This document shows, piece by piece, positions 35,533 to 45,694 of a stretch of 64,000 bases of DNA (position 1 is the first letter of the stretch; every line of letters begins with the position of its first letter). The position numbers were made by a program, and so were the translations under genes. Under the pieces are notes generated by a model that made no database searches, was not told the origin of the DNA, and was given only the letters and a program-made list of their open reading frames with translations. This stretch comes from an uncultured Gammaproteobacteria bacterium (GTDB lineage Bacteria > Patescibacteriota > Microgenomatia > Daviesbacterales > UBA10151), in the NCBI GenBank assembly GCA_964394855.1, contig CAYMZD010000003.1, positions 22,607 through 86,606 on the forward strand. Direction: 5' to 3'.

Positions 35533-36928
35533 TTTTTACCTCTACCATTTTAACTGTTGCCAGAGCGACCCCCAAAGAAAGCCAAAGAAGTTGGGCTATT
35601 TTAGACGATTCTAAAATATCTATTACTAAGGCTGTGACAAGAAGTGATAAAACTCCACTAAAAAGTCCTATGATCACAGTAGCTGGTAAATTTTTGGCGC
35701 TCTTTTTAATAAATCCCCACATTTTTTTCAGTATTAGCCAAAAAACAAGCACTAAAGAGGCTGTCCCCAACAGTCCTGTTTCTCCCAACGAGCGCAAATA
35801 GTCATTGTCTGTGGATATGGTAATTGAAGAGTAACCCGTTCCCAGCAGTGGATTTTTTAACCAAGCTCTGATGGCTCTTGGCCACTCCTCATCTAATCTA
35901 ATACCAAAAGAGCGATAAACTCCCAATTCGGTGGTATTGAGGGGTTCACCCGGAGCCACATCAACCGGTACACCTGCAGGGGTGGCTACTCCGTCGGCAG
36001 CATTCTCAATGGAGAAGGCTTTGGTGGAATTTGGCTTCTGGGGAGGAGGGGTATATTTTGGCCCTCCACCACCTAATAAATTAACCGTTAAGGTAGCCAC
36101 ACTCCTGTGTCTTAGATCAGGAGAAATCACCAGTGCTAAAAGGGATGCCCCCAATAAAATTAAAATTAGTTTTTTTTGTCCCAGCAAGAAAAAGGCCAAG
36201 GATATGCCCAAAATGGCTGCTACAAACGAAGCTCTGGCTGCAGTTAGAGCTAACAACAAAAAACTTAAAGCTCCAGTTAAGCCGATCAAGGCCTTTTTGA
36301 TAATATTTCGCACATACAAAAACATTCCTGCCAATAAAATTAAAACTACTGCCAGATATCCGGCCAAGTCATAATGACCAGCAAAGGTGGAGTTAACTCT
36401 TGCCTCTGGGCTTAAAAATAAAATTAAGCCTTTGGAGAACTCCCTATTGGTAGTGGAAATAACCGGGAAAGATAGCCACTGTTGTCCAAAACCGTAAATT
36501 ACCACCATCAAAGTGGTAAAAAACATTACTTTTAACCAATCTTTTACTTGCGCTAAGGAGGTAAATGCACTGTAAGCTACAAATAAAAGAATCATTGATT
36601 CCACTCGCCTAAGATAGTGTAATAATCCCAGATGGGGGGAAACTGTTTGGGTCAGAAATATGGCCGAAAAAAGACTCAAGCCACCAATTACCCAAAATAA
36701 AGCTACTACCTGGAATAAATTGCTAGATAAAAAGCTTTTTAAATTTGGTAAAATTGCCAAAAACCACCATAAAACCACCACAGCAATTAAAAAATCTTCT
36801 AACCGAATAGCCACATATGTTCCCGGAACATTAAATAAGGGGAATTTTGGGTAAAGTGGTATAAAGATAGAAAGACCCAAAACTGCCCAAAAAAGATATT
36901 TTTTACAAATTAAAGATAACTTCAACAT
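35519..36928 (-). CDS. O-antigen ligase/polymerase-like (Wzy_C/WaaL-like) membrane protein
   Basis: About 10-12 TM helices. It has a large Pro-rich external loop (GGGGPKYTPPPQKPNSTKAFSIENAADGVATPAGVPVDVAPGEP) followed by LTAARASFVAAILGISLAFFLLGQKK, which is typical of the Wzy_C region. Confidence 0.5.
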   Translation of the reverse strand: MLKLSLICKKYLFWAVLGLSIFIPLYPKFPLFNVPGTYVAIRLEDFLIAVVVLWWFLAILPNLKSFLSSNLFQVVALFWVIGGLSLFSAIFLTQTVSPHLGLLHYLRRVESMILLFVAYSAFTSLAQVKDWLKVMFFTTLMVVIYGFGQQWLSFPVISTTNREFSKGLILFLSPEARVNSTFAGHYDLAGYLAVVLILLAGMFLYVRNIIKKALIGLTGALSFLLLALTAARASFVAAILGISLAFFLLGQKKLILILLGASLLALVISPDLRHRSVATLTVNLLGGGGPKYTPPPQKPNSTKAFSIENAADGVATPAGVPVDVAPGEPLNTTELGVYRSFGIRLDEEWPRAIRAWLKNPLLGTGYSSITISTDNDYLRSLGETGLLGTASLVLVFWLILKKMWGFIKKSAKNLPATVIIGLFSGVLSLLVTALVIDILESSKIAQLLWLSLGVALATVKMVEVKNENK

Positions 36929-37784
36929 AAGTTTTGGAAAAATTTAATTTGCCAAAAATGGCAAAGAAAAAAATACGCAAAATTGTAGAGATATAAATTA
37001 ATATTCTCACCATCAATGCTACTTGGTTACCAAACTGTTTTTTATAAAAATAAATTAGTCCTTTATATTCGCCGCTCCACTGTCTTAATTTTGGCTTATC
37101 CAAACTTCCTCCCGACAGGTGTTTGATAGAAACTGTGGGATTTAACATCACTTTAAAACCTCCCTTTTTAGCCCTGTAACAAAACTGTGCATCTTCAAAG
37201 TACATAAAATACCCCTCATCAAAAAACCCCACCTTGGAAAAAACCTTATTTTTAATAAACATAAAATTGCCTGATACCCAGCCAACCTCATGCACTTTGT
37301 CATAGTAGTGGGCATCATTTCTGTGGAAAGATGTACCAATACCTAAACTTTCTAAATTAAAAAGCCAGCTAAAAAGTGCCAGACCAAAAGGTAAATCTCC
37401 ACCGTTGGGTTGCAGCTTTCCATCAAATCCCCAAACTTTACAACTGGAAATACCACAACTGGGATTTTGCTTCATAAATTCCACCATTTCATCAATGACC
37501 CCATCTGAAAGTAGTGTATCAGAGTTGAGAATCAAACAAAAATCACTTTCACTTTGTCTTAATACCAAATTATGTCCGGCAGCAAAACCAATATTTTTTT
37601 TATTCTCTATTAATTTAACCTGGGGAAATTCTTTTTTTATTAGTCTCGCAGAACCATCCATCGAGCCATTATCCACCACCCAAACTACTATCTCATTTTG
37701 CCATTTTTTGTTCAAAATACTCCTCAAGCAATTCTTAGTTAAATCTTTAGTATTATAGTTAACTACTGATACAGTGACACTCAT
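36903..37784 (-). CDS. GT2-family glycosyltransferase
   Basis: VSVVNYNTKDL, VVDNGSMDGS, NIGFAAGHN, ILNSDT and FEDAQFCYR form the canonical GT2 motif set. Confidence 0.8.
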   Translation of the reverse strand: MSVTVSVVNYNTKDLTKNCLRSILNKKWQNEIVVWVVDNGSMDGSARLIKKEFPQVKLIENKKNIGFAAGHNLVLRQSESDFCLILNSDTLLSDGVIDEMVEFMKQNPSCGISSCKVWGFDGKLQPNGGDLPFGLALFSWLFNLESLGIGTSFHRNDAHYYDKVHEVGWVSGNFMFIKNKVFSKVGFFDEGYFMYFEDAQFCYRAKKGGFKVMLNPTVSIKHLSGGSLDKPKLRQWSGEYKGLIYFYKKQFGNQVALMVRILIYISTILRIFFFAIFGKLNFSKTYVEVIFNL

Positions 37785-38353
37785 TTCGCTCTTTCTTGCA
37801 AAATATTCTTAAAAATCAAATACAGGGCAGCCAGAGCTAACCAAATGCCTAAATAAACAATCAAAGCAGCAAAGATACTGGCTGGATATAAACGTAAAAT
37901 AGTTTTGGAAACAAAATACTGCCCATTAATATGTATGTGGTCACCGATAAAAGTATGGTTTCTTTTCAAAATCTCATTATCAATATACGGCTCATAGCCA
38001 GCCACGAAAATGGAACCCTTTAAGGGATAGACATATTCTTCCAAAAAGGTCACATAAAGTTGGTCTCGCAGGTATGTATAAGCATATTTAGGAGGATAAT
38101 TTAAAGTCGCTGGTGGAAATAGAAAACCCCAAAAAAATTTTTCTTGCATTTTTTGACGATAAAATTCACCAATACCTTTTCTATCAAATTGGGAAAAGTA
38201 AGCCGCAATATTGGGGACTTGATAGGTATCTCCTGGCTCGTTTGATTTTAACGAGTTGGGTAGGGGTGGAAAATCATTAACTGATGAAGGAGTAGGTGCC
38301 AGAATATACAAAAGTCCTATTATAAAAATTATGATAAGAGTGATTTTAATCAT
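37781..38353 (-). CDS. Hypothetical bitopic membrane protein (N- and C-terminal TM)
   Basis: TM helices at both ends and an aromatic-rich roughly 130-aa middle domain. No recognisable motifs. It overlaps its neighbours by 1-4 nt, which fits co-translation. Confidence 0.4.
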   Translation of the reverse strand: MIKITLIIIFIIGLLYILAPTPSSVNDFPPLPNSLKSNEPGDTYQVPNIAAYFSQFDRKGIGEFYRQKMQEKFFWGFLFPPATLNYPPKYAYTYLRDQLYVTFLEEYVYPLKGSIFVAGYEPYIDNEILKRNHTFIGDHIHINGQYFVSKTILRLYPASIFAALIVYLGIWLALAALYLIFKNILQERAK

Positions 38354-38955
38354 TACTGAAATAGTCTGGCTCTACCTATTTTGTAGTGAGGATCTTTAAG
38401 TCTTCTTTCCCCAATTATTTGAGCTGGCACACCCCCCACAATGGCAAATTCAGGCACATCTTTGGTGACAACTGCTCCGGCAGCTATGACAGCTCCTTTG
38501 CCAATTTTAACACCCGGTAAAATTATCACTCTTGGTCCGAGAAAGACATAATCTCCAATCTCCACCGGCTCTAAAATGGGGTGAAAATCTTCGGCAGTTA
38601 TATCATGCTCACTATTGTAAATTAAAACTTGCGAGGCAATATCTACATGTGAACCAATCAAAAGTTTATCTCTCCCATCAAAAAAACAGTCATTGCCAAT
38701 GACGCAGTCTTCGCCAATGCGGACATTTTTCAGAGAATAAAACCGCAAACCAACATGGATACTTGAACCCTTGCCAATCTTAGCCCTGGCCAATCTATAA
38801 ATTAAACGTCTAACATGATGAGAAGGAATAAGTGAACCTACATAGGCTAGATAAAGACCAAAATCAGCCAAATAATTATAAAGTCTATTAAAAACTTTGG
38901 CCAAAACCTGATCATAAGTCAAAGATTTTCCCATTCGGTCACGAAAAATGCTCAT
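38353..38955 (-). CDS. Hexapeptide-repeat (left-handed beta-helix) sugar O-acetyltransferase
   Basis: Repeated [LIV]G-x-x-x-x blocks: [70 protein letters not shown]. The family is NodL/LacA/WbbJ-like. Confidence 0.8.
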   Translation of the reverse strand: MSIFRDRMGKSLTYDQVLAKVFNRLYNYLADFGLYLAYVGSLIPSHHVRRLIYRLARAKIGKGSSIHVGLRFYSLKNVRIGEDCVIGNDCFFDGRDKLLIGSHVDIASQVLIYNSEHDITAEDFHPILEPVEIGDYVFLGPRVIILPGVKIGKGAVIAAGAVVTKDVPEFAIVGGVPAQIIGERRLKDPHYKIGRARLFQ

Positions 38956-40114
38956 TGGTTACCTCCTCTAGAAGAGTCAAGGTTTTCCTGGTACACTCCT
39001 CCCAGGAAAAGTCTTTGACCCTATTTAATCCTAATTGTACCCTTTTTTGACGCAAGTTTTCATCTTTTAGTAAAGATTCCACACCCTTTTTAATACTCTC
39101 CACTGAATATGGATCCACTAAAATCCCTGCTTCTCCTGCTACTTCTGGAAGTGAGGAAACATTAGAAACAACCACACTTGTTCCGCAAGCCATAGCTTCC
39201 AAAACTGGGATGCCAAAACCTTCCCAAAGTGATGGTAAAACAAACATTGCCGAAGCAGATAAAAGTATGGGGAGTTCTTCTGTTGGCACAAAACCGGTAA
39301 AGATCACTTTATTTTCTATCCCCAAACTTTTGGGGGTTTCCAGAATATCCTGATACATCCAGCCTTGTTTACCAGGACCTGTAGTTTTTCCCACAATTAC
39401 TAGCTGCAATCTATCCTGATCTTCTGACTTAACAAGTTTAGCAAATGCTTCCATCAACCTGATAAGATTTTTTCTTGGCTGGATAGTACCAATAAAAATA
39501 ATGTAAGGGGATTTAATATGGTATTTATGTAACACCTTTTGTATCTTATTTTTATCTTTAACAGGTTTAAAAATATCCTTGTCATATCCTAGGGGAGTTA
39601 CTGCTATTTTGTCAGGATTCACTTGATAATTTTGGACAATATCTTGTTTAGTAAACTCGGAAATAGCCAATATTTTGTTACTATTTTTTATTGAATACTG
39701 TGTCCAAAGTTTAAGTTGCCAAAGATCTCTTGATTTAAACATTTCCGGAAAATGTAGGTAAGATAAATCAAAAATAGTACAAACTTTTCTCACCGGAGAA
39801 AATCTGGGTATATAGTGGGTCGGTGAGAAAAAAACCTCCGGTTTTTCCTTAGCTAAATGTAAAGCTAGGGGAATTGCCAACCAAGTTTTCAATTTATTAG
39901 GTTTTAAAATTCTATATCTCCAACCAAGTCTTGTCTTAGGCAAATCAGGAAGGGGTTGGTGGGGGAGTAATATGGTATATTCATTTTTTTGATCTATCCT
40001 TTCCAGATTTCTTAAAATTTCAAAAGCATACTGTCCTGAACCAACTCGATTAGCTACATTTGCCTCATATCCATCAATCCAAATTTTCTTTAAGCCGTTT
40101 CTACCATTTTTCAT
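38939..40114 (-). CDS. GT4-family glycosyltransferase
   Basis: [18 protein letters not shown] (E-x7-E) and a GT-B fold N-terminal half. Confidence 0.8.
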   Translation of the reverse strand: MKNGRNGLKKIWIDGYEANVANRVGSGQYAFEILRNLERIDQKNEYTILLPHQPLPDLPKTRLGWRYRILKPNKLKTWLAIPLALHLAKEKPEVFFSPTHYIPRFSPVRKVCTIFDLSYLHFPEMFKSRDLWQLKLWTQYSIKNSNKILAISEFTKQDIVQNYQVNPDKIAVTPLGYDKDIFKPVKDKNKIQKVLHKYHIKSPYIIFIGTIQPRKNLIRLMEAFAKLVKSEDQDRLQLVIVGKTTGPGKQGWMYQDILETPKSLGIENKVIFTGFVPTEELPILLSASAMFVLPSLWEGFGIPVLEAMACGTSVVVSNVSSLPEVAGEAGILVDPYSVESIKKGVESLLKDENLRQKRVQLGLNRVKDFSWEECTRKTLTLLEEVTNEHFS

Positions 40115-40127
40115 ATTTCACCACCTC

Positions 40128-41153
40128 CTATTGTTTACTATCATATAATTGTTTATAAATTTTAAATGTCTCTTCTGCACATTTTTTCCAGGAAAATTTT
40201 TTGGCTTGTACAAATCCCCTCTTAATCATTCTTTTTCTTTTTTGCTCATCTTCCATCACCTGCCTTAATTTATTTTCAATATCCAAAACAGACTCCGGAT
40301 TAACATATTCTGCCGCATCTCCACCCACCTCCGGCATAGAAGAAACACTTGAGCTAATAACCGGCACTCCACAGGCCATAGCCTCTAAAATTGGCAAACC
40401 AAATCCTTCATAAAATGAAGGGTAAAGTAAAACTTTGGCCCCGCCATATAAAAGGGGTAGCTCCTCTGATGAAATCCAGGGAGTAGTCTCTCCGGTAATT
40501 ACTAAATTATAATTTTTAGCTGCCTCTTTCACCCTTTTTAAATTCCTTCTCTCCCCTACCCCACCAATAGCTAAAATATAATCATCTGGAAGTTGATACT
40601 TTCTTTTAAATTCCTCCACTTTATCGGCAGATTGAGGTTTAAAATTATCGGACACTCCCTCATAAATTACTGTAATTTTTTCTCTGGGAATCTGCGAAAT
40701 CTCCAGTAAATCTTTTTTGGTACTTTGGGAAACCGCAATTACTATGTCCACCTCCCTCTCCACCAGCGCCAGACGCCTTTTGTGAACTTCCACAATTTTA
40801 TGATGTGACCACTTCGGAAATTTTAAAGGGATCACATCATGATAAGTTGTTATTTTTTTAGCTTTCGAGGGAGGCTGGGTCCAATCAGAGGAGTGAAAAA
40901 CATCCACCTCTCCAATAAAATTATCTATCCCAAACATTCTCCATCTATTAAATAAAATTTCCAGCAAAGTTGGAGGGATGGGGAATGATTTTACCTTTGG
41001 TAAGTTTCCATGATATGATTTTCGCAAAGATGAATAAAAAAAGATTACTTCTAAATCTTTAATTTTTAAAAGCTCTTCTGCTAAATTTAAAGTATAATTG
41101 GCCACTCCCCCAGGATGAGCAATTTGGGAAATATCAAGGCATGCTTTGATCAT
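40128..41153 (-). CDS. GT4-family glycosyltransferase
   Basis: [18 protein letters not shown] (E-x7-E). Start trimmed to MIKACLD, because the track start overlaps the upstream gene. Confidence 0.75.
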   Translation of the reverse strand: MIKACLDISQIAHPGGVANYTLNLAEELLKIKDLEVIFFYSSLRKSYHGNLPKVKSFPIPPTLLEILFNRWRMFGIDNFIGEVDVFHSSDWTQPPSKAKKITTYHDVIPLKFPKWSHHKIVEVHKRRLALVEREVDIVIAVSQSTKKDLLEISQIPREKITVIYEGVSDNFKPQSADKVEEFKRKYQLPDDYILAIGGVGERRNLKRVKEAAKNYNLVITGETTPWISSEELPLLYGGAKVLLYPSFYEGFGLPILEAMACGVPVISSSVSSMPEVGGDAAEYVNPESVLDIENKLRQVMEDEQKRKRMIKRGFVQAKKFSWKKCAEETFKIYKQLYDSKQ

Positions 41154-41172
41154 AAATAAATTGTAGCAGGTT

Positions 41173-42558
41173 CTATAACTTACTGTATTGGTGGACAAAA
41201 CCTACTCCATGAAAATTAAAAGTTTCAATTTTTCGATAACCTAAATTATCTAATTTTTTCTTAAGTAACCTATCTGGATCTGTTATATCTACCAGATATT
41301 CAAACAGAAAAACTTCCTTTGCAGCAATACTATTTATATCATTTAAGGTTTTGGCTGGAATTTTTTTAAGCCCTGGTTGGACATTTAGTGCTTTTTGCGA
41401 ATAGTATAGATATGGAGAAAAAACTCCATTACTTTCTAAAAGAATTACTGACTGCTCATCCGCCATCTCTTCCACCCGATTCACAGCTCCTTTCCAATCC
41501 TCTCTTTGAAATTTAGGATTTATAAAGTAGGCAGCAAGACTTATTAGACTTATTAGACAAATTAAACTGATGATCGGAAAAATTATCTTCCCAGGTAGCG
41601 AAAAAACTCCTTTAGCCAACAACAGATAAAGGGGGGGTAAAATAAAAATCATTCTAAAATAAGCTAAAACAGGAATATAAAAAGAAATTAAAAATGCCAA
41701 CCCTAGTGGCAAAATTAACCACAAAAGTAGTAATTTTATAGCGTTTTCTAATTTTCTTATGCCTATCCAGAGGGCCAATCCATAAATAATTCCCACCAGG
41801 AAAATTAACCCAGCATAAATCATCTTGTTATCAATGCTCACCCTGCCAAAGAAAGTCTTTATGGGAATTAAAAGTAGCTGTTTTAAATTTGCTCCTCCTA
41901 CCACAGAAGCCCATCCTGGAAGTGAAGTTGCCGCCCCAGTACCTGATATAAGCTGTCTAGGAAAAACAAAAAGCCAGGGAATGAAAAATGTGAAACTTGT
42001 AGCCAATAAAAAACCGACTTTTGTAAAAAGTTTGTCTTTAGTCCAAATTATAAAAACAAGTTGTGCCGGAAAAATTAAATATGGTAAATAATCAGAATAT
42101 AAAACTAAAACATTAGCCAAAATATATCCCGGCCAAATTCTTTTGAATAAAAAATAAAAAGATAAGGTAGCAGCAAAAGTGGCTAAAGAATACATTCTGG
42201 CCTCTTGTGAATAATAAATATGAAGAGGCGCCAGGGCCATAAAAAGTGACGCCAAAGTAGCAATCTTTTTATTAAATAATTCTTTGCCCAAAAGATATAC
42301 CAACCAAACAGTAGCCACTCCTAAAACTAGCGAAGGAATCCTCACCCATACTTCCCCCACTCCACCCAATTTTATCCATATCCAAAGTAAGGCAAAATAT
42401 GCCGGTGGATGAAAATCTCCAATCGGGTATTTAGTCACAAAATCCCAAAATGTTAAATTTTTGGCAGAAACTATATTAATGGCCTCATCTAACCACAAAG
42501 ACTGATCCAGTTTAATCAGTCTTAGTATTACAGATAAAAATAAAATTCCATGGATCAT
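41173..42558 (-). CDS. GT-C-type membrane glycosyltransferase, PMT_2/ArnT-like (GT39/GT83-like)
   Basis: The first periplasmic loop carries LWLDEA (DE motif), followed by LAPLHIYYSQEARMY, which resembles the PMT/ArnT family. About 12 TM helices. Confidence 0.7.
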   Translation of the reverse strand: MIHGILFLSVILRLIKLDQSLWLDEAINIVSAKNLTFWDFVTKYPIGDFHPPAYFALLWIWIKLGGVGEVWVRIPSLVLGVATVWLVYLLGKELFNKKIATLASLFMALAPLHIYYSQEARMYSLATFAATLSFYFLFKRIWPGYILANVLVLYSDYLPYLIFPAQLVFIIWTKDKLFTKVGFLLATSFTFFIPWLFVFPRQLISGTGAATSLPGWASVVGGANLKQLLLIPIKTFFGRVSIDNKMIYAGLIFLVGIIYGLALWIGIRKLENAIKLLLLWLILPLGLAFLISFYIPVLAYFRMIFILPPLYLLLAKGVFSLPGKIIFPIISLICLISLISLAAYFINPKFQREDWKGAVNRVEEMADEQSVILLESNGVFSPYLYYSQKALNVQPGLKKIPAKTLNDINSIAAKEVFLFEYLVDITDPDRLLKKKLDNLGYRKIETFNFHGVGFVHQYSKL

Positions 42559-42561
42559 AAT

Positions 42562-43395
42562 CTACTTATAGGGTTGCTCCCCCAAAAATGAACCAATTAG
42601 AGAAATTTCAACTGCCAGATCATAAACTATCTTAAAAATTAAAAATTGCGGGAGCTTGTACTTGATTGCTTTGATACTTCCATGTATTAGAGAAAAAGGC
42701 AGGGAATACCTTATTAAGGCTATCCACCTCATGATCCATTCCCGTCTTATTTTCCTTCTTTTAAATTCTGACTTTCCCACCCATCTGGCCTGCTTAAAAA
42801 TTTCCCATAAATTTTCCGGATTTCTATGGTAAAATTTGGCACCCAGAGCAACAGTTGCTAAACTGTCCAGCTTTTCCGATAAAGTATAGTCATCAACATA
42901 ACCAATGGGAGAAAATCCTCCCACTTTATCAAATTCCCTTTTTAAAATGGCCCGAAAAACTGGTTGTTTATCCGGATAATTTTTTCCATGCATTCTATCC
43001 CAAGGTAAACCTTTATTAATATTCCAACACTTGCTCCAAACATTATCTTTGTTTAAAACATACTCTTCTTTGGAAAAAGTACCAATGGTTTTGCCTTCAC
43101 GAATTGGTTGAGTTAATTTTTCGATGAAATGGGAATCAAAAGTCATATCCGCATCTACAAAAACCACAATTTCACCGCTAGCCTGTTTTACTCCCAAGTT
43201 CCTTGCCACTCCAGGACCTTTATGAGTTTGTTTAAGTAGTTGAAGACCCTTAACTTTTTCGATAGTTTTATCAGTAGAACCATCATCAACAACAATTACT
43301 TCTATATCTTTGTAGCTTTGGTTTTCCAAAGACTCAAGACACTGCCCAATTACTTTTTCCTCATTATACGCAGGAATAATTATGGAAACTTTCAT
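42562..43395 (-). CDS. GT2 polyprenol-phosphate sugar synthase-like (DPM1/GtrB-like) with a C-terminal membrane anchor
   Basis: MKVSIIIPAYNEEKVIGQCL, VIVVDDGSTDKT, VFVDADM (DxD), and a C-terminal hydrophobic/amphipathic segment. It sits directly downstream of the PMT/ArnT-like GT-C. Confidence 0.65.
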   Translation of the reverse strand: MKVSIIIPAYNEEKVIGQCLESLENQSYKDIEVIVVDDGSTDKTIEKVKGLQLLKQTHKGPGVARNLGVKQASGEIVVFVDADMTFDSHFIEKLTQPIREGKTIGTFSKEEYVLNKDNVWSKCWNINKGLPWDRMHGKNYPDKQPVFRAILKREFDKVGGFSPIGYVDDYTLSEKLDSLATVALGAKFYHRNPENLWEIFKQARWVGKSEFKRRKIRREWIMRWIALIRYSLPFSLIHGSIKAIKYKLPQFLIFKIVYDLAVEISLIGSFLGEQPYK

Positions 43396-44345
43396 TTAAA
43401 TATTTCCTCGAATAATTTTTGATATTTTTCTGCCACTTTATCCCAGGAGAAATTTTCCGCTTGTTTTCTTGGTAAATCATCCCAGTTTTTGGACAGCGTT
43501 TCCTTAATGGCCATGGCATATTTTTCTGAATTAGCAACATCAGTTAAGATTCCACTGTTGCCTACTATTTCTCTTCTGGGAGGATCATCCGGCGCTACAA
43601 CAGGCAATCCTGATGCCATGGCTTCCACATAAACTATGCCAAATGACTCCCTGTCCCAGCTAGGTAAAACGAACAAATCAGCGCTTCTGTAAATTTGTGG
43701 TAAGTCATTATACCCGGCAGATATTATTTGTAATCTGTTAGGAATTTTTTTCTCTCCCAGTTGAAGCAGTTTCTCTTTTTCTTCTCCTTCACCTACTATA
43801 ACCAATGAACCACTTACAAACTCCATGGCGTTAATTGTCCGCTCATGATACTTGTACCAGACCAGCGCCCCTACACTTAAGATAATTGGTCTGGGTAAGC
43901 GTAAATCCATTTTCTTCCCTTCTGGTTTAAATTTTTCCAAATCAACTCCATTGGGAATTTTTACTATTTTTGTTTTCCAAGCCCATTTTTTAGCCCACTC
44001 GGCCTCAAAATCTGTCAAGGCCACATAAACTTGAGGGGTAGTAATAGCTATATTCCAGATATCATCTTTGCCTGGACCAGCTTGTCCAGAAATTAAAGTT
44101 TTATATCCTTTAAATACTCTCCCCAGACTTACCTTTAGAGCTTGTAAGCGCCCATTGGTAGGAATTATTAAATCATATTCTCCATTAAGCATTCGGGAAA
44201 AAGAATCTGCCTGATTACCAACAATAATATCAACATCATGGGTTTTGCCTAATCTCTTGGAGAGCTCCTCTACATAAGTTTCAACTCCTCTGCTGACACT
44301 TTTTTGTAATCTTGATAAAAAAGCAATTTTCAATTTTTTTGCCAT
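43392..44345 (-). CDS. GT4-family glycosyltransferase
   Basis: ESFGIVYVEAMASGLPVV (E-x7-E). Confidence 0.7.
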   Translation of the reverse strand: MAKKLKIAFLSRLQKSVSRGVETYVEELSKRLGKTHDVDIIVGNQADSFSRMLNGEYDLIIPTNGRLQALKVSLGRVFKGYKTLISGQAGPGKDDIWNIAITTPQVYVALTDFEAEWAKKWAWKTKIVKIPNGVDLEKFKPEGKKMDLRLPRPIILSVGALVWYKYHERTINAMEFVSGSLVIVGEGEEKEKLLQLGEKKIPNRLQIISAGYNDLPQIYRSADLFVLPSWDRESFGIVYVEAMASGLPVVAPDDPPRREIVGNSGILTDVANSEKYAMAIKETLSKNWDDLPRKQAENFSWDKVAEKYQKLFEEIFK

Positions 44346-45682
44346 ACCTGAATTCCCCCTCTAATACTACCTACAATATGATAATTTTGTTTTATATAAT
44401 CAGTCACCTGTTGAGGTTGGTAAGTTCCTAATTCAAACCATTGACCTTTTTGCGGGGGTAACACAAAAATATACATTATTTCTTTTTCTTTTAAACCATT
44501 TATCAACTTTTCCTGCATTCCTTCAATTTCCATATACCAGACATAATTATCTATCCATGGTTTGGGCGGCAAAGTGGCAGTTAAAACATACTGTGTGGAG
44601 GAGATTCCCAAAAGATAAGTATAATCTTGAGGTCTTAAATATTTTTTTAAGTCACTGGTAAGCGCTAAATCACTTAATCCATAAAATCGAGGAGAAAGAT
44701 TTACAGTTGGCATTGCCCAAGTTAGCGAAAAAAGGAGAAAAATTATTATTGGTGTAAAAAGAATAAACTTAATCTTAGTCTGCTTTAAAAGAATTACCAG
44801 TAAAACAAAATAAACTGCCATAGCTGGCTGCAACCTAAAAAAAGCAAATCTGGGAAAGGCTGTAATAAAAAGCGCGATAAATGTTAAAAAAGTTAACCTC
44901 TCACCAAGATCCAATTTATTAAAATACTTCAAAGCCAACAATACACCGGGTGTAAATAAAAAGAATGTGGCTAATGCTTCCTTCATTGTTGGCAAACTGG
45001 AATATCCAGGAAATCGAGGATACCAAACAGCAGGAACTGTCACTGTCCAAAACAAAAAGTCATCCCAAATATTTTGGGAAAAAATATATGCTAAAACCCC
45101 CAAGGCAGGTATTGATGTCCCCAGCATTAGTAAAAAAATATTTTTCCATTCTTTAGTCATTAATAAATAAGCAGTTACGGGCAGAAAAGCTACTGCCACT
45201 TGTTGTTTTACTAAAGAAGCCATCATTAAAAAAAATCCAATTAAGAAAAATTTTTTCCAACCATTAAAATAAATCAATGCTACCAGGACTATCAAAATAA
45301 AAGGAGTGGTGGCCAAATCAAACCAGAGCATATTGCCTTCTGAAACCGATTGTACTAATACATAAAAAACAACAGGTAAGCAAGCTAGTAGTTTTTTACC
45401 TAAAATCTTTAAGGAAATTAAAAATATCAAAAAATCACAAAATAAAATTATTGTCCAAGTAAAAATCTGCAGAGTTTGCAAGCTATATCCAAACAAATTA
45501 TAAATGGATGATAGTATCAATACTAAAATGGGAACATAAGGCAAGGCTATATCTTTATAAATATCAAAACCATTATTTAGTAGGTAAGGGTAAGAGGTCA
45601 TTTCCGGCCAAGCCGTAAATTGAAGATTGACTAAAATTATTAAATGGATTATTAAAGTTCCAACAAATAAAATTATGAGCAC
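44330..45682 (-). CDS. Polytopic membrane protein of unknown function, possibly a polymerase or GT-C-like
   Basis: About 12 TM helices and an aromatic-rich C-terminal region. No diagnostic motif recognised. Confidence 0.35.
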   Translation of the reverse strand: MLIILFVGTLIIHLIILVNLQFTAWPEMTSYPYLLNNGFDIYKDIALPYVPILVLILSSIYNLFGYSLQTLQIFTWTIILFCDFLIFLISLKILGKKLLACLPVVFYVLVQSVSEGNMLWFDLATTPFILIVLVALIYFNGWKKFFLIGFFLMMASLVKQQVAVAFLPVTAYLLMTKEWKNIFLLMLGTSIPALGVLAYIFSQNIWDDFLFWTVTVPAVWYPRFPGYSSLPTMKEALATFFLFTPGVLLALKYFNKLDLGERLTFLTFIALFITAFPRFAFFRLQPAMAVYFVLLVILLKQTKIKFILFTPIIIFLLFSLTWAMPTVNLSPRFYGLSDLALTSDLKKYLRPQDYTYLLGISSTQYVLTATLPPKPWIDNYVWYMEIEGMQEKLINGLKEKEIMYIFVLPPQKGQWFELGTYQPQQVTDYIKQNYHIVGSIRGGIQVWQKN

Positions 45683-45694
45683 AGAATTATTTTA

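Noticed and set aside
35931-36374. 147-codon plus-strand ORF
   Set aside because: It is antisense to the GC-rich, Pro-rich loop region of the ligase-like gene. A long ORF is expected by chance in GC-rich sequence, and its peptide has no motifs.
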